Shown: positions 1 to 9,461 of the stretch, in pieces
Layout of the letters: each line of letters starts with the position of its first letter
How positions within the stretch are numbered: position 1 is the first letter of the stretch
Origin: an uncultured virus (IMG/VR IMGVR_UViG_3300026963_000002)
Taxonomy: Duplodnaviria; Heunggongvirae; Uroviricota; Caudoviricetes; Thumleimavirales; Hafunaviridae
DNA: 64,000 bases
IMG/VR virus record: IMGVR_UViG_3300026963_000002
Strand: one strand, 5' to 3'
Program-made: the position numbers and the translations under genes
The notes under the pieces: generated by a model
Databases searched by the model: none
Seen by the model: the letters and a program-made list of their open reading frames with translations, nothing else
What the model was told of the DNA's origin: nothing

Positions 1-51
1 GTAGTAAAATCGGATGCAGAAGACAGAGTGCGGGTCTGTGCACCCGTCGGT

Positions 52-123
52 GCCTGGGTAGCTTAGCGGTAAAGCGCGTCCTTGGTAAGGACGAGACCGC
101 GGGTTCAAATCCCGCCTCAGGCT
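52..123 (+). tRNA. tRNA-Thr(GGT); probable integration site (attL)
   Basis: Cloverleaf GCCTGGG/CTCAGGC acceptor, GCTT/AAGC D stem, CGTCC-TTGGTAA-GGACG anticodon arm, GCGGG-TTCAAAT-CCCGC T arm; immediately upstream of an integrase. Confidence 0.95.
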
Positions 124-306
124 TTCACGGGCTACACGGCCTGTATTCCCACTTTGCGTGCTTCTTGGGAGCGAATCAATGTACCCCAAGAAAGCACTCT
201 ACCCACAAACGGCCACCCCCGCGCCGTCTTGCGATTCCGAGAACTGTCAGGACACTATAAACTCAGAACCCCATCAGCGGTGTTCCTCGCGCGTGGTGAT
301 AGGCCG

Positions 307-1500
307 ATGAACCGCGACGACCCCCTCGAAGGGATGGAAATGAGCGCGGCATCCGAGGATATACCACCCGCGCCCGAACCCATCGAGTTCGGCTTCCCCC
401 TCGTGAGCAAACGCTCGCGCGAAGACCTCGCGGAGTTCGGACTCAACATGGTTCAGGACTACCACGACTTCAAGAAGGACGTGCTGACGTGGCTCGGCAA
501 CTACGGGAAAAACCCCGACAAGCACGAGGGGCTGGCCCCTACCACGCTTGAGAGTACCCACTACAAGCTCGAAACCGTCTTCCGCTGGCTATGGAAGTAC
601 GAGGGCCAATACACCACGACGTTCACGCCTGAACACGCGGACAAGTTCATCACCATCCTGAATCAGGCCGACTCGATGATTGACAGCACCGTACTCCACC
701 ACGCGAAGGACATCAAGCGGTACTTCCGCTTCTGCAACCACGCACGCGGGAAGGAGTACGAGTGGGAACTCGATCTCGAACTCTCCGCGAGCAACGGCGA
801 CGAACGAGAGTACCTACGTCGCGCCGCGTTCGAGCCGCTGTATCAGGCCGCGCTCCAACATTCGTCAGTCAAGAGCTACTACTCCTGCTCACCGGAGGAA
901 CGCAAGGAGCTGAAGTCCTACGTCTCTCAGCGGCTCCAAGTCCCGAAGTCGAAGGTCGGCCCGGACGAGTTCAAGGAGGCAAACTCGTGGAAGTACCCCT
1001 CGATGATAGCCACGACTCTCGATACCGGGCTTCGACCCATCGAGGTGGGACGCGCCAAGGTGTCTTGGGTGAACCTCGAAGACAACGAGCTGAACATCCC
1101 GAAGACAGAATCCACGAAGAACGAGGGCCATTGGAATTGCGCTATCCAGAACCGGACGGCGAAGGCGCTCGAACGCTGGATAGACGAGCGGAGTACGATG
1201 GAGAAGTACGACGGTCGGGACGAACTATGGCTCACGCAGAAGGCGAAGCCGTACAACTCCGACTCGTGTAACGGTCTACTTGATCGAATCATCGAGTCGG
1301 GGAACGTCCCGATTCCCGAACACCGCGAGGACGAAATCTCGTGGTACTCCATCCGTCACGGCGTAGCGACGTATTGGGCGAACCACGTCGGCCCGCACCA
1401 CGCGAAAGAACAGCTCCGACACAAGAGCGTCACGACGACGATGAAGTACCTTCACTCGGATTCTGATACCCGAGGGAGCGCCGTCGAACAAATCTGGTAG
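307..1500 (+). CDS. int: Tyrosine recombinase / integrase
   Basis: TGLRPIE, YSIRHG, QLRHKSVTTTMKY catalytic motifs; ORF-track start at 82 overlaps the tRNA, so ATG 307 preferred. Confidence 0.92.
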   Translation: MNRDDPLEGMEMSAASEDIPPAPEPIEFGFPLVSKRSREDLAEFGLNMVQDYHDFKKDVLTWLGNYGKNPDKHEGLAPTTLESTHYKLETVFRWLWKYEGQYTTTFTPEHADKFITILNQADSMIDSTVLHHAKDIKRYFRFCNHARGKEYEWELDLELSASNGDEREYLRRAAFEPLYQAALQHSSVKSYYSCSPEERKELKSYVSQRLQVPKSKVGPDEFKEANSWKYPSMIATTLDTGLRPIEVGRAKVSWVNLEDNELNIPKTESTKNEGHWNCAIQNRTAKALERWIDERSTMEKYDGRDELWLTQKAKPYNSDSCNGLLDRIIESGNVPIPEHREDEISWYSIRHGVATYWANHVGPHHAKEQLRHKSVTTTMKYLHSDSDTRGSAVEQIW

Positions 1501-1605
1501 ACCAAACACCATTTTTGAAGGATAGGCTGGACGGGGAGCTATGTACGGGTTCTGCGCCCGCATCTTGCGTACTGTTATGTGTATAGCACAAATTAAGTCG
1601 GTAAT

Positions 1606-3435
1606 ATGGAGCCGAAGACGATCTCGGATGTTATACCGGAACTAAACAGCACGTATCTGATTCCTGCTATCCAGCGAGAGTTCGTATGGGATACCGACCA
1701 GATTCTCGATCTATTCGACTCGATTCTCCGTGACTACCCCATCGGTTCTCTGCTACTATGGAAAGTCCGAGACGACCGGGCGCAGAGTGAAATCAAATAC
1801 AAGTTCGTCAGCGACTACATCGAGGAACCGAACTACCCCCGAGAGATTGACGATGTAAACCACCACAACCCGAAGTGGAGCGAAGACTTAGATGGGGCGC
1901 TCCCGCCAACGACGAATCTCGTTATCGACGGCCAGCAACGACTGACCGCGCTCAACATCGGACTCAAGGGGAGCTTCTGTGAGCGGAAATTCAATGCCCG
2001 CCGGGATGAGGTCAGTTCGTGGGTTCGCAAGAAACTCTATCTGAACCTTCTCTCGAATCCGAACCGAATCACCGAAGGAATCGGTCGCCGGTATCATCTC
2101 GAATTTAAGAAGCCTCACCCTGAGAACGACTCCGAACACTACTGGTATCCCGTAGGCGAGATACTCCAATACCGCGACGAGAACGACTTTAACAACTATC
2201 TGTTCGAGGTCGAGGACGAGATAGAACAGCACCTAATAGACGAAGACCCCGACCTCAGCGCCGAACGAGTCAGAGAATACAAAAAGTGGGCAAAGCAGAA
2301 TCTCAATAGTCTCTGGACGAACGTTCACGACCGCGATCATCTCAACTTCTTCACCGACGACACCGAAGATCACGACCGCATTTTGGACATATTCATCCGT
2401 ATCAATCAGGGCGGTACACAGCTTCAACACCACGAAATTCTACTATCCCTCGCAACGTCAGAGTGGCAACAGGATGAGCCTTTCATCGTCGCAAGAGAGG
2501 CCGTCCCTAAACTGCGAGATCGTCTGAACCGTGATGTTCCCGGTGGGAACGAACCGTTCACGACAAACTTCGTTCTCCGCGCCCTGCTGACCTGCTCTGG
2601 TATGGAGGTTCAGTATCGCCTCTCGAACTTCAGCGCCGAGAACCTTGAGCGGATGAAAGAGGTTTGGCTAACAGACCGATTCAGGAACAGTCTGGAGGAG
2701 TTCGTGAGTCTGATGCGCGGGTACGACATTACGATCTCGCACGTTCACAGTCCTCTACTCTCGGCCCCTGCCATCTACTTCCTCTACAAGCACGATAGTC
2801 CACCGTTGGGGTGGAATAGTGCCCAAGGTCACGATGCTCGACGGGACGTTCTCTACTGGTTGTGCGCGGCAAAGCTCAAACGACTGTCCCGGCTGTCGTC
2901 CGCCCAAATTGCCGAGGCGGTTCGAGATGAGATAGATAACACAGACGAGGTTCGATTCCCGATAGACCGCATCGACGACCGGCTAAGAACAAGCTACGGA
3001 GAATCCGTCTACCTCTCGAATGATGACATAGACAGCATCTTCGATGAAGCGACGTACAACACCCAACGGGGAGAGTTCCTTCTCCATCTGCTCCGCTTCC
3101 CCGAATCAGCCGACCCCGGCCACAGTTACGAAGCCGATCACATCTTCCCGCAAAGTCAGGTAGAAGACGAGTACCCGGACTTGATGCACCGCGTGGGCAA
3201 CCTCCAATTCCTTCGTGACGACGAGAACCTGTCCAAACACAGTAGCGACTTCGCTAATTGGCTTACTTCACAGACCGAGGAATACAAGGAGAGACACTAT
3301 ATACCGGAGTCGGAAGATGGGTCGCTATACGAATTGGGGAACTTCCCCGAGTTCGTGGAACAGCGCGAACAATTGATTCGTGAACATCTGCTTGAGGTCT
3401 GTGACGAACTACGCGAAGCACACGAAACGAATTAA
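1606..3435 (+). CDS. GmrSD-like (DUF262 + DUF1524 HNH) restriction/defence protein
   Basis: IPAIQREFVW, PIGSLLLW, IDGQQRLT, FIRINQGG; C-terminal EADHIFPQ...GNLQFL...N. Confidence 0.85.
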   Translation: MEPKTISDVIPELNSTYLIPAIQREFVWDTDQILDLFDSILRDYPIGSLLLWKVRDDRAQSEIKYKFVSDYIEEPNYPREIDDVNHHNPKWSEDLDGALPPTTNLVIDGQQRLTALNIGLKGSFCERKFNARRDEVSSWVRKKLYLNLLSNPNRITEGIGRRYHLEFKKPHPENDSEHYWYPVGEILQYRDENDFNNYLFEVEDEIEQHLIDEDPDLSAERVREYKKWAKQNLNSLWTNVHDRDHLNFFTDDTEDHDRILDIFIRINQGGTQLQHHEILLSLATSEWQQDEPFIVAREAVPKLRDRLNRDVPGGNEPFTTNFVLRALLTCSGMEVQYRLSNFSAENLERMKEVWLTDRFRNSLEEFVSLMRGYDITISHVHSPLLSAPAIYFLYKHDSPPLGWNSAQGHDARRDVLYWLCAAKLKRLSRLSSAQIAEAVRDEIDNTDEVRFPIDRIDDRLRTSYGESVYLSNDDIDSIFDEATYNTQRGEFLLHLLRFPESADPGHSYEADHIFPQSQVEDEYPDLMHRVGNLQFLRDDENLSKHSSDFANWLTSQTEEYKERHYIPESEDGSLYELGNFPEFVEQREQLIREHLLEVCDELREAHETN

Positions 3436-3468
3436 GGGATGTAAACGGCTTTTGAAAGGCTCTATTCC

Positions 3469-3951
3469 CTAATTCCCGACAAGGACTTCAACCGAGCGCA
3501 TCCCGAGATCGTTCAGACGGTAGTCTTTCTTCCGACCATCTCCCTCGTGGGGTCGTTTCTCCACAACGTCACGCTCCGATAATTCCCACAAGATTTGGCT
3601 CACGTCGTCCGGGTCAATTTCTGAATCCTCAGGGAGCTTTTCCCTGATCTCAGTCGTCGTATGCCATTTCTCGCCGTTATGTTCGTATAGAAATTCAGCG
3701 AGCTTTCGCGTCCGCGACCCCTCCTCGAAGTTGACGATCTCCGGGTCATCGTCCTCGGACTTCTTCGGTTCGATGGATTCGCCCGTAATGTATTCCGTCA
3801 GGTCAATCGGGGAGTCGGCTTCGACTCGAACGCTGATTGATTCGACCGAATCAGCGAATCCTGCCTCCTTGATGAACTGGTTGAAGGCGTGTAGACCCTG
3901 TTCGCCGGACAATTCCAGAGTCATAACACCCTCGGGTTGGTCAGACGACAT
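3469..3951 (-). CDS. Winged-helix (MarR-like) DNA-binding protein, possible repressor
   Basis: C-terminal TTTEIREKL...VSQILWELSERDVVEKR...DGRKKDYRL wHTH pattern. Confidence 0.7.
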   Translation of the reverse strand: MSSDQPEGVMTLELSGEQGLHAFNQFIKEAGFADSVESISVRVEADSPIDLTEYITGESIEPKKSEDDDPEIVNFEEGSRTRKLAEFLYEHNGEKWHTTTEIREKLPEDSEIDPDDVSQILWELSERDVVEKRPHEGDGRKKDYRLNDLGMRSVEVLVGN

Positions 3952-4205
3952 AAGCTGATGTTTGATGTGGGGTACTGAAAAACCACTTGCTGTTAAAAAT
4001 CCTCACAGGTTACTCACTACTCTGTGTTTAACTCTAAGTGTTCTACTACGGTACTGTCTTAGTTGAGTGAACAACCCTCGATGTGGTAAAACTCAACGTA
4101 GGTAACTACTTAGAGTATATATCTAAGATAGATATTTCGCCCGCGTTGTGCGCTCGCGCGAGCTAATTCGGATGTTTCGTCGTATAGTACCAGACGGTAC
4201 TATAT

Positions 4206-4216
4206 GACTTAAAGAT
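4206..4216 (-). promoter_or_regulatory. Repeated viral promoter core ATCTTTAAGTC (class A; also at 5712-5722, 20189-20199, 21054-21064 on - and 22236-22246 on +)
   Basis: Identical 11-mer with TTTAAG TATA-like box in five intergenic gaps; four copies are followed by a CTAWTAGASTGAGG-like element. Confidence 0.75.
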
Positions 4217-4236
4217 ACCTATTTGAGTCTTAGACT

Positions 4237-4785
4237 TCACCGGAAATCCTCGTGGAGTCGAGAGGGAGTCGGCCCGGTCTGGTCGTTGTATTTGTTCCCG
4301 TTCTCCTCGGAGTACGCCACGTCAGGCTTCGTCTTCATATCGTGAAGCGCGAGCTGGCAAATCCGCATCCCATCGCGGAGACGGATGGGGTACGGTGCGG
4401 CGTTGAACAGTTCGAGCGTGATCTGCCCCCGGAATCCGGGGTCGATGAAGCCCGCGTTGTGGATGAATAGGCCGAGCCGTCCGACCGACGAGCGACCGTG
4501 GAGGATACCCACCTTGTCGTCGGGTACGGTGATGCTCTCCTCGGTGTGAGCCAGCGCGAACTTCCCCGGAGAAAGCGAAAGCTCAGAGGTTCTTTCGTAG
4601 TAGTCGGGGTAGGAGTCGGCGTCGTCAACTTCAACAACGCCGGTCGCGGCAGGAATACGAAGCTCCGGCCCGAGGTGCAAATCCATCGAGGCGGGTTCGA
4701 CAGCGAGCGTCTTCCCGTTACCACGAACGGCTCCGAGATCGCCACGGCTAATTGCGTGCTGAATATCGTGCTGAGAGAGAATCAT
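4237..4785 (-). CDS. dcd: dCTP deaminase
   Basis: MILS, PASMDLHLG, GRSSVGRLGL, AGFIDPGFRGQITLE, RICQL; start overlaps thyX stop (ATGA). Confidence 0.92.
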   Translation of the reverse strand: MILSQHDIQHAISRGDLGAVRGNGKTLAVEPASMDLHLGPELRIPAATGVVEVDDADSYPDYYERTSELSLSPGKFALAHTEESITVPDDKVGILHGRSSVGRLGLFIHNAGFIDPGFRGQITLELFNAAPYPIRLRDGMRICQLALHDMKTKPDVAYSEENGNKYNDQTGPTPSRLHEDFR

Positions 4786-5486
4786 GGGGCGCGAATCGAG
4801 TTGTTGTTCAGGTGGGTTTCGTAGGCGGAGAAGACGAGCGGCGACCACTTCTTACACTCATCGAGAACCTGAGTAGCGAACTCGCGGGCCTCCCATTGGG
4901 CCTTCATGTTCTTCCGCAGATCGAAGAAGTGCATCAGGGTTCGAGCGTTCGCAGAGAACGTTAGGTCAACCTCGACGCCGATGGGGAGGATGAACCGGGC
5001 GTCCTCCTTCGCCATTCCTTGTTCGATGAGCCGTTCATACAGCTCGACTGAGTTGAGGAAGTGTCCCTCGAAAGCGTCCTTCCCGGTGAAGTCTTCGGCG
5101 GGGCCGTCGTACTGGCCGAGAACCACGCCGTCGGCTCCGGGGTTGTTCTTGTCGCCCGGCGGAACGACGATGTTCTTCTCGGAGAAGTCGCAGTAGCGTT
5201 GGCTCTGAACGTCGAAGCTCATGTGGCGGTGTCGCGTTACCTGAGCCATAGCCGACCGGCTGAGTCCTTCGACCGCGAAGAACGCTTGGATGTGTTCAAA
5301 CGGCCCGAAGTGGCCGCGTCGGAGTAGTTCACCGAGTAGTTCCTCGTGGGTCTTGTCCGTCCCTTCGAGGGCATCCTCAACGGTCTTACCGACGAGGGAT
5401 TCGCTCATGTAGTCTCCCCGAGCCGCAATCACGGGAACATCGTCGGCGTTCGGTGTGCTGTATTCGGTCTTTAGTTCGACTTTCAT
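4782..5486 (-). CDS. thyX: Flavin-dependent thymidylate synthase
   Basis: GHFGPFEH, RHRHMSFDVQSQRY, EDARFILP, NAR..F..LR, AQWE. Confidence 0.95.
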   Translation of the reverse strand: MKVELKTEYSTPNADDVPVIAARGDYMSESLVGKTVEDALEGTDKTHEELLGELLRRGHFGPFEHIQAFFAVEGLSRSAMAQVTRHRHMSFDVQSQRYCDFSEKNIVVPPGDKNNPGADGVVLGQYDGPAEDFTGKDAFEGHFLNSVELYERLIEQGMAKEDARFILPIGVEVDLTFSANARTLMHFFDLRKNMKAQWEAREFATQVLDECKKWSPLVFSAYETHLNNNSIRAP

Positions 5487-5650
5487 TCGTAGTAGTAGGT
5501 GAGATTGAGATTGATCTCAGTCAGTTCAGGATTGAAGTGATGGGTTTCCTGAATCCCCTCGATGCGGCAGTCCTCTCGAAGTACGTCGCTGAGAATATCA
5601 GCGAGAATTGATGCAAGTTCGTCCTGCGAAGTCGGTGTGATGTATCTCAT
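5483..5650 (-). CDS. Small hypothetical protein (55 aa, MRYITPTS...)
   Basis: Translated by hand; stop overlaps thyX start; downstream of class A promoter. Confidence 0.55.
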   Translation of the reverse strand: MRYITPTSQDELASILADILSDVLREDCRIEGIQETHHFNPELTEINLNLTYYYE

Positions 5651-5736
5651 AGATGTATCTGATTCAGATTCTCGTAGAAGCCGCTCCTCAGTCTAATAGA
5701 CGCGATATAATGACTTAAAGATAGCTATTCAACTCT

Positions 5737-6165
5737 TTACGCTACTGGTGTGAGCTGACCTGCTTCGTCGATTATTCGATCTTGATAGTGGACTCTCGCG
5801 TGTTCGTCGTGGCCGAGAACTTCGATGTTATCCAGACGATTATCGAGCTTCATCGAGTTGATGTGGTGAACGTCGTTCCCAACTACCGCGTCGTATCCGT
5901 ACTTCGCAACCGCGAGTAGTCGATGGTGGAGGACGGAAACCGACTTTCCTTCCACGTTCACGACGAACTGTTCGTACCCGTCCGATCTCTCGGAGAGAGC
6001 AACGCTCGATTGACGCCCGGTGCGCTCTATCCCGAATTTCACCATCCAGTTCCGTACCGTCTCCTTTCCACAGCCAAGTTCCTCAGCGACCTTTCGGATG
6101 GAATGGTGACGGGAGTAGGCTTCTTCCAGCGTCTCCTCATCTCTCCACGGTCTTTCGGAGGACAT
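5737..6165 (-). CDS. Free-standing HNH endonuclease with N-terminal HTH
   Basis: HHRLLA...VHHINSMKLDNRLDNIEVL...H. Confidence 0.85.
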   Translation of the reverse strand: MSSERPWRDEETLEEAYSRHHSIRKVAEELGCGKETVRNWMVKFGIERTGRQSSVALSERSDGYEQFVVNVEGKSVSVLHHRLLAVAKYGYDAVVGNDVHHINSMKLDNRLDNIEVLGHDEHARVHYQDRIIDEAGQLTPVA

Positions 6166-8729
6166 TAGCAGAACGCGGCGAGTCCGGTCTGACTCTGCCC
6201 CTCGATTGCGGCGTCCACGTCGATGCCCACGGCGTCGAGAATGTCCACCATCGGGTTCCGAACGAGAGTGTCCTGCATCCGCTTCACGTCCACGGTGAGC
6301 TGGTCACGGAGGTCGTCCAATTGCGCTCCCCGCTCGTATCCAATCACATCGAGCGTGTCTTCTCCGAGTGTCGTGTGCTTGAGGTACACCCGCTTGACCG
6401 TATTCCCCTTCCCGAAGTTGCAGTCCTTGATGAACTTGTTAGCGTAGAACGCCGCTCGTGGCGAAGCGCCCTTCGGTGTCCCGTCCGACCACGAGTAGTC
6501 GTCCAGTTCTTTTCCAAGGCCGCCGGGGATTCCGATGAGATCGAAATCGGGGTTAGAGGCGTCGATGCGTTCGGCTCCTTCCCGAATGATACGGCGAATG
6601 TCGTTCTCGTCGCCGCCACGGACGATGGTTTCGAGGACTTCCCGTTGAACCTCCTTGGTGAGCTGAGCCGTGTTGTTCTTCTTGCACGGGTAGCCGCTGA
6701 TGGACAACTTCCCCTTCCCGTCTTTCAGGGTGGCGTCGTAGTCCATCCCCTCGTCCCACATCTTCACGTAGGCGTAGAACTTCTTTTGCCCGGACATAAA
6801 GAACCGAGAGGCGTACATCTCGATCTCGATCTCGAACCGGCACGGGTCGGTCGGCATCCCGTACTCGGCGGCGAGGTCGACATAGACCTCGTTGTTGAGG
6901 GTGTCCGTGATTTCTTTCGCGGCTTCAAGACACTCCACTTGGCTCATCGAACTATCAAACGCTATATAATTTGAGTCGGTATCTCCATATGATACATTTG
7001 CGATACTTTTCTCGTTCACGTACTTCGCAGTACGTTTAATCACCGCCTGCCCCGTGAGGGTGACAGCGGCGGCAATATCGGCGTCGTAGAGGAAGAACCG
7101 AACCCACCCCAAAACGCCGTAGATCGAGTTAACTATCGTCTTCCTGACACTATACTCCTCTCCCCATTTCGCCTTCTCCTCGGGGCTGAGCGAGTCGTCC
7201 TTCTTCATCTCGCCAGCGTGTTCCTTCAGGCGGAGAGCTTCATCCACCAGTTCGCGGAACACGCCGTCATAGTCGAGACGGAAGTAAACGTCATTCGCGG
7301 CCTTCGCCACCGGCACGAGGTCGCCTCCTTCTTCGAGGACAGCGTAGAGGCCGTCGTCGTGTTCCTCTACGTGGATGGGGTCAACCTTCGTCTCCGGGCT
7401 GGCGTTCAGCATCCAGAGCGCGTTCGGATACAGCGAAGCAAGGTCAATTCCGACGATGTTCTCCTTGAGGCCGTTGAAGGCGTCGAACACGTAGGCTCCG
7501 TCGTAGCTCCCCGTGTCCTCCGGCTCCGTCGCGGTCGGCCCGGCGTAGCCCTCGTTGTAGAGCTTCCGGCGAATCATCATCTCGATGAACTCGTTGTTCG
7601 CCGTGGTCTGCTCGAAGTCCAGACCAATCGTATCACGGAGTGCCTTCTTGAACGCGAGAACGTTCGCGGCTTCGTTGACGCCGACCGTCAGGAAAACGTC
7701 CTTCGTGTTGTAGTTGAGGAACTTCTGCGTGTTCTCCGAGTATAGCTCGTAGAACCCCTTGTCCGTGTGTTCGATCTTCGCGTCGTCCAACTCCATCTCG
7801 GCGGCAGAATCGAGCGCCCCGCTGACCTTCGTGAACTTGGTGTCCTTCCAAGCGTCCATCAGGTCGTAGCAGGTACGCCCCTGAATCGTCGGGCCATTGT
7901 ACCCGGTGTAGGAGTTCCCGGTACGGGAGAGGCGGTCGGCGTTGACACCGCGCTCTTTCATCCGCTCGATGACGAACGGGGTGTCGAACCCATTGCTGTT
8001 CCACCCGCAGATGAGGTCGGCGTCCTTGTCCTGAACGTAGCGGGTGAACTCTGTGAGCATCTTCCGCTCGTTCGGCTCGAACTTGAGCTGACTCAGGTGT
8101 TCGAGGCCGAGGTCGCTTGGATGGCTCACCGCATCGAGGTCGGCGTCGGGGAAGCGTTCCCCAAGCCCGTGACCATCGAGGTCGATGAAGCCCACGTACT
8201 CGTCGGTGTAGTTGTCGTGAGCGACGATAGAGAGGATACGGGCCTTCCCGTAGTCGGGGAACCCTTCGCCCCGGTCGTCTGTCTCAATGTCGAACGTAAT
8301 CACGCGGGGCGGCGCGTCCATCTCCACCGGCTCGATCTCGTCGGGAGTCACCCGGTCGCCGGGGACTCGAACGCCGGTCTTGATGCCGAGGTCGATTCGG
8401 AGCCGGTCGGTGTAGTCCACGTCGGCTTCCCACGACTTCGAGAAGAACGACGAAACCTCTCCCATCTTCTTCGGGTTGTTGACGATAACCTTCGCCAGCT
8501 CGTCGCCGTCGACGAGGCCGGTAAAGTCGGTGTCTTCGTACCCCTCGATGTGGTCATTATCGAATGGGTCAACCTCCCCCTTCTCCGCCGCCGGGATGTA
8601 GAAGTAGGGGTCGAAATTCTCCACCGTCACCGAGTCCGGCTTCCCCGCTTCAGTTCGACCGAACAGTTTGATTTTCGGCGTGTAATCCTCGTAGACGAGT
8701 TCGGTGTTAGTAACGTAGATTTCCTTCAT
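6165..8729 (-). CDS. polB: Family B DNA polymerase (no intein)
   Basis: FDIET, GWNSNGFD, DLASLYP, KTIVNSIYG, YGDTDS, KKFY. Confidence 0.96.
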   Translation of the reverse strand: MKEIYVTNTELVYEDYTPKIKLFGRTEAGKPDSVTVENFDPYFYIPAAEKGEVDPFDNDHIEGYEDTDFTGLVDGDELAKVIVNNPKKMGEVSSFFSKSWEADVDYTDRLRIDLGIKTGVRVPGDRVTPDEIEPVEMDAPPRVITFDIETDDRGEGFPDYGKARILSIVAHDNYTDEYVGFIDLDGHGLGERFPDADLDAVSHPSDLGLEHLSQLKFEPNERKMLTEFTRYVQDKDADLICGWNSNGFDTPFVIERMKERGVNADRLSRTGNSYTGYNGPTIQGRTCYDLMDAWKDTKFTKVSGALDSAAEMELDDAKIEHTDKGFYELYSENTQKFLNYNTKDVFLTVGVNEAANVLAFKKALRDTIGLDFEQTTANNEFIEMMIRRKLYNEGYAGPTATEPEDTGSYDGAYVFDAFNGLKENIVGIDLASLYPNALWMLNASPETKVDPIHVEEHDDGLYAVLEEGGDLVPVAKAANDVYFRLDYDGVFRELVDEALRLKEHAGEMKKDDSLSPEEKAKWGEEYSVRKTIVNSIYGVLGWVRFFLYDADIAAAVTLTGQAVIKRTAKYVNEKSIANVSYGDTDSNYIAFDSSMSQVECLEAAKEITDTLNNEVYVDLAAEYGMPTDPCRFEIEIEMYASRFFMSGQKKFYAYVKMWDEGMDYDATLKDGKGKLSISGYPCKKNNTAQLTKEVQREVLETIVRGGDENDIRRIIREGAERIDASNPDFDLIGIPGGLGKELDDYSWSDGTPKGASPRAAFYANKFIKDCNFGKGNTVKRVYLKHTTLGEDTLDVIGYERGAQLDDLRDQLTVDVKRMQDTLVRNPMVDILDAVGIDVDAAIEGQSQTGLAAFC

Positions 8730-8730
8730 T

Positions 8731-8847
8731 TCAAATGAGGCAGGCACTCCACCCGCAGTTCAGGCACGTTTCGCAACCGCCCTGAGGGGCGATTCGCGGG
8801 CTATCACATCCGCACGGCGCGGCTTGCTGGTGACTCTGATTCTTCAT
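8731..8847 (-). CDS. 38-aa Zn-ribbon microprotein
   Basis: MKNQSHQQAAPCGCDSPRIAPQGGCETCLNCGWSACLI, fills the gap exactly between two genes. Confidence 0.6.
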   Translation of the reverse strand: MKNQSHQQAAPCGCDSPRIAPQGGCETCLNCGWSACLI

Positions 8848-9284
8848 AGATTGTGATCGCGGATGATGGTCGATTCAGCGGCAGTCCACTCGTGGAGGGC
8901 TTCATCGACGGGGACGAACCGCTGAGGGTCGTCGCCCATCTCATTCGAGAAATTGCCCTTCTCGTAGTCCACGAGGTTAAATTCCAGAAGACGGTCGTTG
9001 TCCGTCTCCTCGATCACGATTCGAGTAACATTCGCTCGCCGGAGCAGGCCAAGGGTAGACTCGCTGAACGAGTACCCACCGCCTTTCCGGTAGAAGTGCT
9101 GTTTCTGTTCGCCGTCCTCCCAGTAGGGATGTCGCTTCCGCTGACAGACGATACAGTTCGCGTCCCGGTTCGAGGGGCCGAGGAACCCGACGAACTTCTC
9201 GGGATTGTCGGGATACCGGAGCGGCTTGATCTCTCGAACGACGAGCGGTTCTACGTCGGTGAAGTCGTGTAGTGTGCTACTCAT
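8844..9284 (-). CDS. Hypothetical protein
   Basis: Acidic ORF tightly packed in operon. Confidence 0.7.
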   Translation of the reverse strand: MSSTLHDFTDVEPLVVREIKPLRYPDNPEKFVGFLGPSNRDANCIVCQRKRHPYWEDGEQKQHFYRKGGGYSFSESTLGLLRRANVTRIVIEETDNDRLLEFNLVDYEKGNFSNEMGDDPQRFVPVDEALHEWTAAESTIIRDHNL

Positions 9285-9396
9285 TATCTCGTTGTTTTTC
9301 CCTCATCGTCGCGTTCTTCGTCACCTCAAAACAGAGAGGACAGAGCGACTTGCCGGGAATAGGCTCTCGTTTGTCGCATTTTCGGCAGTTAGTCAT
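9277..9396 (-). CDS. CxxC..CxxC microprotein (39 aa)
   Basis: MTNCRKC...LCPLC; overlaps next start. Confidence 0.5.
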   Translation of the reverse strand: MTNCRKCDKREPIPGKSLCPLCFEVTKNATMREKQRDNE

Positions 9397-9461
9397 GTCT
9401 CTGGATTCCGTGCCGCGCCGCCAGCGGATGCTGACGGCATTTCGACCGAAAACAGAGAGAA

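Noticed and set aside
52..123. attR duplicate of the tRNA-Thr 3' end
   Set aside because: Not seen in the window; the provirus continues beyond 64000
82..306. ORF-track N-terminal extension of the integrase
   Set aside because: Overlaps the tRNA and has non-halophilic composition; ATG 307 is more plausible
6165..8729. Intein in PolB
   Set aside because: Motifs A, B and C are contiguous; length is normal
7767..8738. Long antisense ORFs (also 26473-27627, 46491-47519, 51475-52368)
   Set aside because: Shadow frames of GC-rich genes with strong codon bias
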